A stretch of DNA of 63,220 nt, the filler included, from Stramenopiles sp. TOSAG23-6 (lineage: Eukaryota), in the NCBI GenBank assembly GCA_900128565.1. It is 32 parts of 32 records of this genome, joined end to end, with 100 filler letters (N's around TTAATTAATTAA, not from the genome) between each part and the next. Parts side by side here need not be neighbours in the genome. Positions count along the whole stretch, not along the records: positions 1 to 1,896 come from LT638477.1; positions 1,997 to 3,891 come from LT638478.1; positions 3,992 to 5,885 come from LT638479.1; positions 5,986 to 7,878 come from LT638480.1; positions 7,979 to 9,871 come from LT638481.1; positions 9,972 to 11,864 come from LT638482.1; positions 11,965 to 13,856 come from LT638483.1; 25 more parts are not named here. One strand, written 5' to 3'. The notes beneath the pieces were generated by a model. It did not search any database. It was given only the letters and a program-made list of their open reading frames with translations, and was not told the DNA's origin. Positions 1 through 12,018 of this stretch are shown piece after piece. A program made the translations under genes and the position numbers. Every line of letters begins with the position of its first letter. Within the stretch, counting starts at the first letter, position 1.

Positions 1-1
1 G

Positions 2-1896
2 TCTGATAGTCTTGCACCAGCATTACATATGATGACAGTCGTCATACATTTACGCATGGGTGTATTCAATTGTGGTAAACCGAAGCGAATGGCGGAGTTA
101 TTTAGACTTGCTGTCCCGCTTGCGAAACTTTTACATGGATATAGTAGGTTTGATGGTATGTTGATGTCAGCTACTCTTCCGTCTGCTCTGCAGTCACTGG
201 ATACATCAGCATGTGCAGCAGATGTTTCTGAAGTTAGTTCATCTGGCAATTTGAAAGATAATACAAGTAAAACAAAGTTTTCTAAAGACTCGACAATCAC
301 TAAATGGCCGAATTGGTTAGCGCCTGCTATACTCTTATTAGAGCGTCTTGTTTGTATTTCATCAATGACTGCACCATTTGTGTCCGATGCTCAGTTTGCT
401 CGCAATTGGTGTGCCTCAATACTAAGTCACTTCGATCGTGTTGTTGAATCATGGGGTCCAATTTCTACTGATGTGTTTCCAGGGTACGAAGACGCCGATC
501 TTAAATTGCGACTGAAACCTGTACCTGGAGTTAAAGCCGAATCCCCTGGTCTTGATTTTAGAATTGTTCGTAATCGTTTATATTCTAGTTTGAAAGATAA
601 GGGATATCCATCAGTAGAGGCATTTATTAAAGACATGAATGCTGTGGCTAATAATGCGATTGACTTCTTTGAACCCTCTCACTTTAAAAAAAATGGAGAT
701 AGAAATGCAGTAATGAAAGCATTTGCACAGGCAAAAACGCGGCGTGCTAATTGGACATCTTTGAAAAGTCGCTTTGTTGTTGCTGTAATGACCATGATTG
801 ATCAAAAACCTGATCGTCATATTTTCCGTAGTACTAGCTTATTGGGTGATGGGAGTCTCGGAGCCATGAGTTTGATTGACATATGTCTAAAAATACTCAA
901 ACTGAAACCTTTTCCAATGTTGCTTCAATCATGTATGTGTTTATGTTCGCGTTTATTACGAGTTCGTGGTGTATCAGAGCGATTTATTAAAAATGGAGGT
1001 GCTGAAGAACTTTTATCTATTGCTTCTAGAGATTCTTTTCCTGGTATGAACAAACTTGTAACATCAATAATGAAAAAGTTGACTGCAGATTCTGAGGCGA
1101 CTGAAAAGTTCGTTGCAAATGAAATTCGAAAGTGTATCCTTACGTCTTGTCATGGCCGCGGACGCTCTTCAAACCCAAGTACCTCTATTCAATTGCGCTC
1201 TTTAATAGAAACAATGGCGCCACTTATTTTTCAATCACCGGAAATTTTCGTAAGCGCCATAAAAACAGTTGCTAGAATGTTTACGTACAAAGTTCGTGGT
1301 AAGAAAACTCCTCATATATCACAGTTTTCTCTTGCTGCAGACTTTCGACCCAAAATACAATTAACGCTGCGCCGTGGAGCGTCAGTCCATAATTTAGTCA
1401 TACCACCCAGGGAAGATGGTGAATCTAGTTTAGGTGCTGAGATGTTGATGGCTGGATATACAACACATTCTGGATTTGGAGGCTCGCCAGGAATTTGCTC
1501 TACAACAAACGATTTGTACTATTGTGGTAGGCTACTTGGAAAAAATCTGATTCCAGGTTCGGATGGTCGTTGTGGTCCTCAAAATGGGCCACAGTGTGCT
1601 TCTTGTAAACGTTTCCAAGCGAAAATAACAAAGTCAAATTCTTTGAATATTTTATCTGACGGAGTTTCAAGTCTCGTACACAGTTTGCTTAATAGATTGT
1701 TAGATTTGCATTCGTGTAAAAAGTCAAAAGTGGAGGAACCTATACAATTGAAAACTCCAGTAAAGACTAAAAAAGTTCCAGAAAATGTTTCGAAGAATTG
1801 TACACCTTCTATTAAAACATCAATGTCGACCAAAAATGACGCTATATCAACCTTGGATGTATCCGCATTTGATGTCCTTCAAATTTTGAAACTTTT
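2..1896 (+). CDS. HUWE1/Tom1/UPL1-like giant HECT E3 ligase, internal fragment, with a bromodomain-like insert and a Cys-rich motif
   Basis: PNWLAPAILLLERL, LLQSCMCLCSRLLR...SFPGMNKLVTSIMKKL and LIETMAPLIFQSPEIF match the order and pattern of HUWE1 armadillo-region motifs (PKWITPVLLLID; LHATLRLCLRLTR...GFNGFTPLVTLLLRHI; LGPAACRNPDIF); open across the contig. Confidence 0.7.
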
Positions 1897-1996
1897 NNNN
1901 NNNNNNNNNNNNNNNNNNNNNNNNNNNNNNNNNNNNNNNNTTAATTAATTAANNNNNNNNNNNNNNNNNNNNNNNNNNNNNNNNNNNNNNNNNNNN
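1897..1996. other. Artificial contig spacer (N44-TTAATTAATTAA-N44); first of 31 such linkers
   Basis: Identical 100-nt linker with stops in all six frames recurs every ~2 kb; the contigs between linkers decrease in length. Confidence 0.98.
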
Positions 1997-2049
1997 TACG
2001 AAATTTTGTACCTAACGATTTNTTTTTGAAATATTTTTCCAAAATAAAT

Positions 2050-3891
2050 GGGGTAACGGCAATCCAATGTGGATCAATAAATGGGTTAAACCATCCAACC
2101 AGGATTTCAGGAATATTTTCTATTTACAACCTGTTGATAAAGACACCATCAAATTTGGTGTGTATACGACTGATAATAATGCTGTTGAGGCTGATATTTC
2201 ATCTTTGAAAATAAATGAATGGCACCACTACTGTGGCGTTTATGATGGTTCAAAAATGAGATTGTACGTTGATGGTCAAAAAAAAGGCGAAGAAAATGTT
2301 TCAGGAGTAATCTTTAACCAAGGAATAGAGGAAACAAATCACTTGGGAATATCATTTTGTAATGCTGATACCAACAATGATGATGATTCGGATAGCTTCA
2401 TTAAAAAATATGGGTGCTATGAAGGATTTTTATCTGACGTTCGAGTTTATAAGGATCCTTTGTCAGAGACTGAAATAAATAATATATCTACATCAGAACT
2501 CCAAAATCAGAGCGATGTTACTCTGACGATTACATTTCCGAAGGCTCGTAATATCAGGGAAGTGAGGGTGCGCCCAGTTGGTAGGTCTGGTAATACTAAT
2601 GGCAATGCCTTTAAAATTCAGTTGGGCGACGAGTACACATCCAACACTGAAAGAAAAGGTAGTGAAAACCTTGGCTACGTATGGTCGAAAAAATTTAACG
2701 AAGTGGTAAATGTTGAAACAATCACCGTCACAGTGTTGTCAGTGGGAACATATGGTCCAATATTGGAGGAGCTGATGATATATGAAGGTGGTAGTGATGT
2801 TGTCTCGAGACGGCGTAGACTTCAAGAAGAAGACGATGAAACAGATCTTGTGTTAATAGACATGTCCTGTCCCAACAATGTTTTCAAGAGTAATACTAAT
2901 ACAAAATGTTGGGGTTATCCTAGTAATGACACAAAATACAACGTTTACTATTTCCCCTCTAAATCTGAATACGAGAATGGTTCCGAGGATGGTATCAAGG
3001 TGACACCTTCACCGAAAATAAAATGTTACTCAACTGCAACCTCAGGTACTTACGCTAATTGTGGTGCGCCTTTTTGGCATTTGGATATGCTTTTTGATCA
3101 ATCGGATCATTATGCAAATAGCTTTCCTAGTGGTTGGTATTTTACAATGGTTTATAATCATAGTACGAATCACGACTACAAATTTGAATTTAGTAGAACA
3201 TACTTTATTGGAAAGGTTAGGGTTTTAGGTTCCAAGTATGATAATAATGTAAAACCTAGTCTGTTGATTGGTAGTAAATCATGGATGAGTACCGAAGCTT
3301 TGTCCAAACTAAATGCTCCAAGTGGTTCTAAATACAGCTTCAAAAATGTATGGGACCAGGATATCAGTCCTCCCGAAGAAGTGGGCCCAAACATTCACGC
3401 AACTATAAGAATTACAGGATCACAACAAATTCAAGAAATTGAGTTCTGGGAGTATATCCCTGGTTTGAAAAAGATTGATTTATCGTGTCCCAATAATAAT
3501 TGTTATTCTAGTAATGTATATACAATTGAGGGTGTTGCTACAGCGGCTGTGACGAACTCTGCCGGATATCCCTACAATCGAGGAAGTTTAAATCCAGTTT
3601 TCGATGGTTCGGGTTATAAAGGTATCGATAATAAGTATGCAAGTCCCTATCCCTATTATCTCATGCTAGGTGTTACATCTGGTTATAGGCTCAATGTTAC
3701 GTTTCAATCTCCTCGAAATATACAGTACATCAAACTTTGGCCAAATGGGCTAAATACTCCTACAGGCATTTTTAGAATAGTAGCTGATGACGTTTATCAA
3801 TCAGATTGGATAAATATGTATACATATAGATATTGGCCAGCTCGGCAGTGGTCCAAAAGGTTTACTCCTCCGATTAGGATAACTAAAGTTT
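2050..3891 (+). CDS. Extracellular LamG/concanavalin-like plus beta-sandwich repeat protein, exon fragment, variant A
   Basis: NEWHHYCGVYDGSKMRLYVDG...EGFLSDVRVYKDPLSETEI LamG-3 motif and an RRRRLQ motif; begins after an intron-family 3' end (CCAAAATAAAT). Confidence 0.75.
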
Positions 3892-3993
3892 NNNNNNNNN
3901 NNNNNNNNNNNNNNNNNNNNNNNNNNNNNNNNNNNTTAATTAATTAANNNNNNNNNNNNNNNNNNNNNNNNNNNNNNNNNNNNNNNNNNNNGA

Positions 3994-4857
3994 AAAGCAG
4001 TTTGTTGTTGCTGCTGCTACAAGCTACGCAGCTGGAGTCTTTTACAGAACGGGGAAGATGGTATTATTCAGAAACTATTTACACTCATTCCTGCTCCGCC
4101 AAGTGGTAGAAAACGATGGGCTGTAGATGTAGGTGCATGGAATGGAAAACATCTTTCAAATACTTATGCATTGCTCACAAAACCATGTGGTACATGGAAG
4201 GGATTACTGATTGAAGCAAATTCTACGCGAATTGCTGAATGCGAGACACTTTATAACACTTCAGAAAACATTTGTGTGTGTAAAGAAGTGTCTTGTATTG
4301 CAAACTCAGAGTCATCACTTCCAAAAATATTAGAACATAACGCCCCGGATATTCCAACTGACATTGATTTTATAACTATAGATGTCGATGGTACAGATTA
4401 TTGGATTTTTGAAACACTATTACAGCACAGTCATTTTCGACCTAAAGTTGTTTGTGTGGAATTTAATCCTACCATACCTGATAGTATTATTTATATACAG
4501 CCTCGAGATGACAATATAAGACATGGCTCTTCCCTTGCTGCAATAACTGAACTAGCGAATAATAATGGATATACCTTAGTTGAGACCACTTTATTTAATG
4601 CTTTTTTTGTTACTAATGATATATATGACAAGTTCATCAAGGAACAGTTACCTCTATACGATACAAGTATTGAAGCTTTGCACGACTCCACTTCGATGAC
4701 CACACAAATGTATCAACTCTACGATGGGACACTCAAAATATCTGGTTGTAAAAAACTACTTTGGCATAGGGTGCCAATCAAAGAGTCTGACATTCAAGTC
4801 TTGCCTAAAAATAAAAGGGGAAGTTTTCCATTTGCTCCACCTCAATCAAAGAATTGA
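3994..4857 (+). CDS. FkbM-like SAM-dependent methyltransferase, 5' partial
   Basis: QNGEDGIIQ, VDVGAWNG..SNT, GLLIEA, IDFITIDVDGTDYWI, RPKVVCVEFNP motifs. Confidence 0.8.
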   Translation, partial: KAVCCCCCYKLRSWSLLQNGEDGIIQKLFTLIPAPPSGRKRWAVDVGAWNGKHLSNTYALLTKPCGTWKGLLIEANSTRIAECETLYNTSENICVCKEVSCIANSESSLPKILEHNAPDIPTDIDFITIDVDGTDYWIFETLLQHSHFRPKVVCVEFNPTIPDSIIYIQPRDDNIRHGSSLAAITELANNNGYTLVETTLFNAFFVTNDIYDKFIKEQLPLYDTSIEALHDSTSMTTQMYQLYDGTLKISGCKKLLWHRVPIKESDIQVLPKNKRGSFPFAPPQSKN

Positions 4858-5188
4858 ATTGATTAGGGTTAAAATACTGATGAATCAGAGAATTATCGTT
4901 AGGGATTTATTTGGTTTTTATACAATTACGCACATTTATAAAATAGTAATAATTGTAGCTAAGCCATTTTACTGGGCATTTTTTTTATTTTTATTTTTTA
5001 ATTGTCTGAAATGTCAGAAATGAATCTGACAGGCTTGATACCAACGATACCACATTCACATCCAGGAAGCTAATTATTCTTTTTCATTTATTATTCTTTA
5101 AAAAATTCTTTATAGTATAATCTCGGAATCCTTGGTAGATATTTACTTATGGTTCATAACATTTACAAAATCCTTGGTAGATATTTAC

Positions 5189-5885
5189 TTATGGTTCATG
5201 ACATTCACGCTTATGCCCAGCCTTCCAATGAGCGCGCTGACATGTTCTGGAACAATATGCCACTTTCTTGCAACGACTACATTGAGCAAATTTCTTTCCT
5301 TTGATTTCATTTTCTTTGTGGCAGTTGGAGCATTTTATCTTTTCAATTGATCGCTTCGTTGATATTTCAAGTTTTTCCATTCTAATATTGTTACTTACAT
5401 TTGACTCTTCATCTATCATGGAAAAAACATCGTCATAAGATTTCATCACATCTAAGGGGGGCAGCTTCCTCTTTGATCGACTGAGAAGCCTTTAAAGCTT
5501 TACGGAAATACTTTACTGATTTCTTGATGTCCTTTTCCACAGAAATACCTTGTTCGTACATCACTCCGAGCTTCTGTAAAGCTTCAGGGTGGTTTTGAGC
5601 AGCTGAAAGTTTTAGCATTTTCACCACCATGGAAGGATCAACAGATACACCACCACGTCCCTTGGAATAGAATGAAGCTAAATTATAAAGAGCAACAGGA
5701 TGATCTTGATCACCTGCTTTTTTGTACCATTTAAATGCAAGATCCGCATTTTCTTCTACACCGCCTTCGCCAAAATCATACATTTCTCCTAATTTATATT
5801 GTGACTCTTTAAAATGTAGTTCTGCTGATTTCTTGTACCAGTAGAGTGATAACTTCGGGTTAAAGTTAACCCCATCAGTGCTATA
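5189..5885 (-). CDS. Sel1-repeat protein with C-terminal MYND zinc finger; 1-nt frameshift in the G6 run at 5456-5461
   Basis: AFKWYKKAGDQDHPVALYNLA Sel1 repeats; CSNC...CSRCKKVAYCSRTCQRAHWKAGHKREC MYND; removing one base from the homopolymer joins the two ORFs (EAAPLDVMKS). Confidence 0.8.
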
Positions 5886-6081
5886 NNNNNNNNNNNNNNN
5901 NNNNNNNNNNNNNNNNNNNNNNNNNNNNNTTAATTAATTAANNNNNNNNNNNNNNNNNNNNNNNNNNNNNNNNNNNNNNNNNNNNAAAAATTCAAAAAAA
6001 TTCAAAAAAATTCAAAAAAATTCAAAAAAATTCAAAAAAAATCAAAAAAATTCAAAAAAATTCAAAAAAAATAAAACATAC

Positions 6082-7362
6082 ATGACATGATGTCATTGCA
6101 ACAGATGTTACTGCATGAATATGTCCCTCTTTTTTATTCATTGTTCGAATATGTTTACCTTCGGATGTCGACCATAACATGACATGATGATCAACAGCAC
6201 CACTCAAAATCCATTCGCCACTTTTAGAGACAGCAAGTGCTGTAATTCGTGCAGAATGCATTTGAGGTAAACATTTCACACGCCATGCACCACTACATCC
6301 AGCACGACGCCCAGTACCAGCCAATTTACTCCATAATTCTACAGCATTGGCACTTCGACTCATTCCTGGAATTCGTCTTGCTGAGTCGAGACATTGTAAA
6401 GCTTCACCTACTTTAGTTGCATCTTTTAATCCAATACAATGATCATATTCTTTACATTGTAAAAATGTTTTTGCTGAACTGACCAACAAATGAAATCGAC
6501 GAGCCATGTATTGTGAAAAAATATTTTTTGTTTTTTGTTTTTTGTTTTTTGTTAGGTACGAAATTTTTATAAAAAAAAAATAAATTCGATTTTTTTGTAA
6601 AAAAAAAAAATAAAACGTACATGGAAATGGCTTCAACCCAACTAACAGCTTCATCAGATGTTTTTGTTTGAAGTTCATAATCTTTATTTCGTGCAGTACG
6701 AATGACCATTTTAGTTGTGGAATCTTCATGTTGTACTTCAATAATATCACTTAAATTAATTTCACCTTTAGGAACTTTTGTATGTTCTGAATCATAATAA
6801 GATAATTTTAGATCTGTAAGAATGAAAACCCGAGTTTTCCAATTTTTACGTAAATGGCCTTTTTTAGAAAGTGAACCCTTTTTTATAATTCCACGTCGCT
6901 CAACAAGAAATTCGTGTAACTGACGCAATGCACCTTCTAATTGTCCCTTTGCTGTGACTCGTCCAGCAATCCATGGATTATAAAAAAATATTTAAAAAAA
7001 AAATTTGAAAATTTGTTAGGTACAAAATTTCGTACGAAAAAAAAACAAAAAAAAAATAAAACGTACATGGATGCGATAACACTTGTTCAACAGTAAGTCT
7101 TCTCCTAGGTTCAAGGACTAATAATTTTCGTATTAAATCTTTCGCTTCTATACTGATTGAATCCCAATACGGAGAATCAAATCGATATTCGCATTCTTTT
7201 ATTTTACGAAATAAAATAGTTTGATTGTCGTGATGAAATGGTGGATATCCAGCAAGTAATATATAAGTAATGACACCAATACTCCACATATCTACAGATG
7301 CATCATAGGGTCGCCCAGTGAGGATTTCAGGAGCGACGTACCATGGTGATCCACAATCGGTC
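6082..7362 (-). CDS. CAMK-family kinase C-lobe + PH domain + WD40 protein; exons 7362-7067, 6972-6621, 6505-6082
   Basis: CGSPWYVAPE, DMWSIGVITYILLAGYPPF, VLSHP/WI; KKGSLSKKG..RKNWKTRVFIL PH domain; HSARITALAVS..ILSGAVDHHVMLW WD40; frames join on removing two GT-AT introns. Confidence 0.85.
6506..6620 (-). mobile_element. Introner-like GT-AT intron
   Basis: TCC AT|GTACGTTTT...CACAATACAT|G GCT; family core present; joins the PH and downstream exons in frame. Confidence 0.8.
6973..7066 (-). mobile_element. Introner-like GT-AT intron
   Basis: CCA T|GTACGTTTT...TAATCCAT|GG restores the kinase-terminal HPW motif. Confidence 0.85.
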
Positions 7363-7476
7363 ATGTATTTTGGAAAAATATTTGAAAAAAATCTAAAAAA
7401 ATTTCTTAGGTACAAAATTTCCTATAAAAAAAAAAAAAAATTCGATTTTTTTGTAAAAAAAAATAATAAAACATAC

Positions 7477-7832
7477 ATCCTTTTTCACTAAATATTTCTA
7501 CATATTTTTCAAGTTTTAAAGATAAAAAACTTGATTCTGTTGGAAATACTTCATAATCTGATATATTAGAAATATCAACATGTGTACATCGACTTTCATT
7601 TTTTATTGCAACATTGGCCTTCGCGTTGGTGTTAGGGTTAGGGTTGGCTACTCGTTTAAATCCACCCATATTTAATCTGCTTGTTGTTGCATGAGAGACA
7701 TCAGCTGGAAATGCGACATCATTTACAGTATTTTGTGATGCATTAGATCTTCTTCGAAGTTTACCAGTATTGTTAGGCTGTATCATTGTTGGATTTATTT
7801 GTTCCTTATGTACAAAAGTATTTGATACATTC
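7477..7832 (-). CDS. Exon ending in the start of a SAM-like domain; probably a different gene from the kinase
   Basis: FLSLKLEKYVEIFSEKG resembles SAM helices 1-2; bounded by family introns; phase incompatible with the next exon. Confidence 0.45.
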
Positions 7833-7978
7833 GATGTATTTTGGAAAAATATTTGAAAAAAAAAAAACTTAAATTTGTNNNNNNNNNNNNNNNNNNNNNN
7901 NNNNNNNNNNNNNNNNNNNNNNTTAATTAATTAANNNNNNNNNNNNNNNNNNNNNNNNNNNNNNNNNNNNNNNNNNNN

Positions 7979-9189
7979 CCAACAGCAGCTCCGACAGCAG
8001 CTCCGACTGCAGCTCCAACAGCATCNCCAACTGCATCGCCAACAGCAGCTCCAACAGCCACACCAACAGCATCACCAACTGCAGCTCCAACAGCCACACC
8101 AACAGCATCACCAACTGCAGCTCCAACAGCATCACCAACTGCATCGCCAACACCGGACTGGTACAAAGATATCTCCGAAAACAATTGTGAAGTTGATGGC
8201 ATCACATGTAATGATGATACTCAAATCATTAACGTGTAAGTAAACCATAATAATTCACATTATCAATAACTCTCTCTAACTCATTTATAATATTAATATA
8301 TATATATATATATATATAACTGACAAATACACTATGTACTCAATTATCATACAATACAGAAAGTTGCATTCCAATGTATCTGGTACAATACCAACGGAAA
8401 TTGGTCAACTATCAAATCTTGAATTATTGTGGTTGAAGAAAAACGATCAACTATCTGGTTCAATTCCAACGGAAATTGGTCAACTAACAAGTCTCACAGA
8501 TTTGAAATTGGTTAGCAACCATCAACTATCTGGGTCAATTCCAACGGAAATTGGTCAACTAACAAGTCTTGAAAAATTGTACTTGCAAAACAACAAACTA
8601 ACTGGTTCAATTCCAACGCAAATTGGTAAACTAACAAATCTCATAAAGTTGCACTTGTATAACGACGAATATAACGACGAACCATTGTATAACAACAAAC
8701 TAACTGGTCCAATTCCAACGGAAATTGGTCTACTAATAAATCTTGAAGAGTTGTACTTGTATAACAACAACAAACTAACTGGTTCAATTCCAAAAGAAAT
8801 CGGTCAACTAAAAAGTCTTGAAACATTGTTCTTGCACTTAAACAACCTATCTGGTTCAATACCAAAAGAAATTGGTCGACTAAAAAATCTCAAATTTTTG
8901 TACTTGCGAAATAACCAACTATCTGGTCCAATACCAACAGAAATTGGTGACCTAACAAATCTCCAAAGATTGTACTTGTCAAATAACATCAATCTATCTG
9001 GTACAATTCCAACNGAANTTNGTGACAAAAAAACACAAGGGCAGCTTACTTTGTAAGTAATCTTTCATATTATCCAGTACTATATTTTATGTATATATAT
9101 TTATAACTAACAAATACATTATGTACTCAATTATCATACAATACAGGCTTTACGACCAGGACAAGGTAAGAGGCTGTCCATTAAATTAG
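7979..9189 (+). CDS. PTAA-repeat + plant-type LRR protein; exons 7979-8235, 8360-9052, 9147-9189
   Basis: About nine [20 protein letters not shown] repeats; PTAAPTAS linker; two canonical GTAAGT...TACAG introns keep the frame. Confidence 0.85.
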
Positions 9190-9971
9190 TTTTGTAATTA
9201 CAAACAAAATAAAAGTATTTCAAATATGTATATGTGTGTTACTATTTAGCGTTTACTTTGAACGAGAACAAATCAAAATGCATTTTTGTTTCCGGTTCCT
9301 TGTAATCTGAAATATCTATCTATTTTTTGTGCTATTTCTCATCTTGTCGCAGAATCTATTTTTATATTTCGAACATTCTTTAAATTATCAGCTATATACG
9401 TATATATAAATGACTTGAATAATTCAGAATCAGACCCAAAGTAAGTAGGTTTGTACCGAGTTTCTTAGGTAGAAAATTTCCTATGAAAAAACTTGCCAAC
9501 AATGCCTTTACAATACATCTTTGCCTTGGAGTTTTTACATGACACCTTGACTATGGTCTATAATAGACTCAGAGCGGTCGCGTCCTCAGGACTTTTGTCA
9601 AAAAAAAAAAATTGGTAGGTCAAACGCAAACTTTGAGGGAAAAAAAAAAAAAGAGTTTAGACGCGTAGCACACACACAAGTAGTGTATATCATTGAATTG
9701 TGGTTCATTCAATGTTTAATGAATACAGGTTAATTGTGAATGTGTGTTTTCTATTGTATATTACAATTTTTTTTTTTTTTTTTTTTCAAAAATTTGTTAG
9801 GTATAAAATTTCGTATGAAAACCAAAAAAAAAAAAAAAAAAAAANTTGTGTGTTTCATATACAAAATCTCTNNNNNNNNNNNNNNNNNNNNNNNNNNNNN
9901 NNNNNNNNNNNNNNNTTAATTAATTAANNNNNNNNNNNNNNNNNNNNNNNNNNNNNNNNNNNNNNNNNNNN

Positions 9972-10305
9972 TTGTTTCAGGCATCTCAGGCATCTCATCA
10001 AAATTATTGATTAATTGTTTTTGTCGTGATTCATCTATTGTTTCAGGCATCTCAGGCATCTCATCAAAATTATTGATTAATTGTTTTTGTCGTGATTCAT
10101 CTATTGTTTCAGGCATCTCAGGCATCTCATCAAAATTATTGATTAATTGTTTTTGTCGCGATTCATCTATTGTTTCAGGTATCTCAACAACATTATTGAT
10201 TTCTTGTTTTTCTAGTATTTCACTTGCTTTTTTAAATATCTCAACAACATTATTGATTTCTTGTTTTTGTCGTGATTCATCTATTGTTTCAGGTATCTCA
10301 ACAAC
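9972..10305 (-). repeat. Coding tandem repeat, ~66-nt unit (ETIDESRQKQLINNFDEMPEMP)
   Basis: Near-identical units visible in both DNA and protein. Confidence 0.9.
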
Positions 10306-11862
10306 ATCTCTGAATTTAAATCGAACTCTGACAGGCGGAGTTGTTGTTTTTAATATTTTCTGAACATCCTCATGGCTTTTAACAGCTTGGCCTGATATAT
10401 GTGTTATTTGGTCACCTATTGATATTGCATTCATTATCGGATCTTTTATATCAAAAAACTGTGAGAAACTCTCAACAGCGAGTGTTTTTTTTGATAAAAA
10501 CAGACCAAACTTCTTCCTTGGGAAAACTACCTCAAAGTTTTTCTTTGAAATTTGTTTTTGTGGTGCTTCATTATCTACTGGTTGAAGTGTGTCATCAACG
10601 TCAATGTTATCCTCACATGGACTTGACTCATTTATTACTTGAGTAATTTCAACAACTTCGTTAACTGTTTGTTCATTTGAATCCTTCTCCCATTTCTTTT
10701 TAATACTCTTTAGTAAAATTGGCTCAATTCCATAAGGAGAATACTTAACGCATGCCCAACCATCGCAAGTAGCACGTTTCGGAGTCACCTCACGGACACA
10801 CTTTAATGCCCATCCAGACAGAGTTGTGAATATCTCATTCTTATACAATATTTCACCTCCGTTGCTAAGATCTGCGTTGAACACGACATCTTTGTACCGT
10901 AAAGCCAAATGATTCTTCCCAGCTTTCAAGTAACCGGCTTTTATCATTTGAAGAAGAAGTGTATCCTTACATGAATTTGATATTTGTTGAAAAATTTGAG
11001 TCGGACAGGCCCGTTTGACTTCAGAATTATCAGAGTTATCAGAATTAACTAAATTAGTTTTATCTGCCATTACGTTTTGAGATATCTCAACAAGACCATC
11101 GACTTTCTTTGAGAGTAGCGATGGATATCCTTTCTGAATACGCAAACCGTCATAAATTTCGAGGAAAGTCGGCAGTTCTAGCTTTCGTCCTTTGTCTAGG
11201 TTTTCAATTAACGAAGAGTCTTTTATTCCTTCATTGATACTAGTGGACTGTATTTTCTTACTTTTAATATTATCTGTATCATCAAAAGTCTCTGTAGTTA
11301 GATCGAGACTCTTCCAACGTATTTTTACAGCATTTTCAGTACGACCATGTAAAAGTTTTGAAATTGCTGACCAGCGATTACCTAATAACTCATGTTGTTC
11401 CCAAATTAATTTGTCTTCCTCTGCAGTCCATTCGCCTTTTTTTACACGCGGGTCTAAATGATTGAACCACCTTTCTCGGCACTGTTTTGGAGTACGACCA
11501 GTGATTTCTCCTGCAATAAAACCCCAATTTGGGTTTGCTTCATTACGTAATATTAAGCGCAATAATAATTCGTCTTCCTCTTCTGCCCACTTGCCTTTCA
11601 CAAGACCAGGTCGTAAGACTTTCCAACGATTCAGACACTGAACATTACTTCGAGTCGGAACCATCGCAGCGATTGACTTCCAATTACGACCGTCATAGTG
11701 ACTAACAGCAGCAGACAACGAATCGTCTTCTTCTTGGGTCCAACGTCTTGGAGGCCTTCGACGCATTTTACCGCTATTCGGTTTTGCATTGCCTCTTTCG
11801 GAAATATTCTCATTAGCAGTCTTCTGCGACTTTTCACATTTGTGTTTACCGTCTGAGGATGC
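9972..11862 (-). CDS. Three-repeat Myb protein with RAMA-like and PDZ-like domains and C-terminal 22-aa repeats (partial)
   Basis: WTQEED..RSNVQCLNRW, GKWAEEED..KQCRERWFNHLDP, WTAEED..GNRWSAISKLL.GRTENAVKIRW; Y..VVFNADL...GEI....F.TLSGWA....CDGWACVKY (RAMA as in MPND); FGLFL...IGDQITHISGQAV (PDZ). Confidence 0.85.
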
Positions 11863-12018
11863 TGNNNNNNNNNNNNNNNNNNNNNNNNNNNNNNNNNNNN
11901 NNNNNNNNTTAATTAATTAANNNNNNNNNNNNNNNNNNNNNNNNNNNNNNNNNNNNNNNNNNNNATTTTGTACCTAACAAATTTTAGTTTTTTTTTGAAA
12001 TATTTTTCCAAAATACAT

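Noticed and set aside
1941-1952. Regularly spaced TTAATTAATTAA palindrome as a biological repeat or CRISPR-like array
   Set aside because: It is an artificial six-frame-stop linker embedded in Ns; adjacency between contigs carries no meaning
5456-5461. Programmed frameshift in the Sel1-MYND gene
   Set aside because: A single extra base in a homopolymer is more simply a sequencing error or null allele
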